From Naegleria gruberi (taxonomy: Eukaryota): a DNA stretch of 64,000 nucleotides. The notes beneath the pieces are model-generated. The model was not told where the DNA came from, ran no database searches, and saw only the letters and a program-made list of their open reading frames with translations. This document shows, piece by piece, positions 63,975 through 64,000 of this stretch. The position numbers and the translations under genes were made by a program. Where the stretch lies: assembly GCA_000004985.1 (NCBI GenBank), contig GG738916.1; one strand, 5' to 3'. The number at the start of each line of letters is the position of its first letter. Position 1 is the stretch's first letter.

Positions 63975-64000
63975 AATTGTTGTTACTATTGGATTTTCCA

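Overview
This 64-kb window is an AT-rich, gene-dense eukaryotic nuclear segment. Short GT..AG introns of 43-130 nt, AAAATG start contexts, poly-Asn/poly-His coding tracts and lone tRNA genes fit a dictyostelid-like social amoeba best. I support about 35 protein-coding genes on both strands, several needing intron models that the ORF track splits, plus three tRNA genes: one tRNA-Asn(GTT) and two inverted tRNA-Gly(GCC) copies. I found no rRNA, CRISPR array or transposon ORFs. Recognisable genes include a cathepsin B-like protease (6 exons), an amidohydrolase, a His-rich/ankyrin/MYND protein, a P5-type ATPase, an RGS membrane protein, an IFI6/ISG12-like protein, a P4H-like 2OG oxygenase, a PI3K-like protein, a bipartite CHR chromate transporter, an ASCC3/Slh1-type tandem helicase, Rpb7, mitoribosomal bL33, an ADP-ribosylglycohydrolase, a serpin, a GP63/leishmanolysin-like metalloprotease and an RCC1+PH protein.

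The main leads are:
- A Kelch-repeat/F-box ORF runs with no stop into the first exon of an atypical Rho/Rac GTPase (Q61P, CaaX end, 10-nt micro-exon). This is a candidate F-box/Kelch/Rho fusion, an SCF-side analogue of RhoBTB.
- A roughly 500-bp inverted duplication (43772..44283 vs 49951..50452) carries tRNA-Gly(GCC) and the promoter/exon 1 of a mitochondrial-carrier gene, bracketing a 5.7-kb four-gene segment. The two copies have decayed reciprocally: a 10-bp deletion breaks the carrier frame in the right copy, 1-bp deletions break the left copy, and the right tRNA copy has a damaged T-stem.
- The P5 ATPase carries DKTNT and TGDS in place of the canonical DKTGT and TGES motifs.
- The PI3K-like protein lacks the GDDLRQD, DRH and DFG catalytic motifs.
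- At least seven divergent F-box-like genes sit within 40 kb.
- A 1-nt frame break splits the Kelch gene.

Intron coordinates were worked out by hand and may be off by 1-2 nt.
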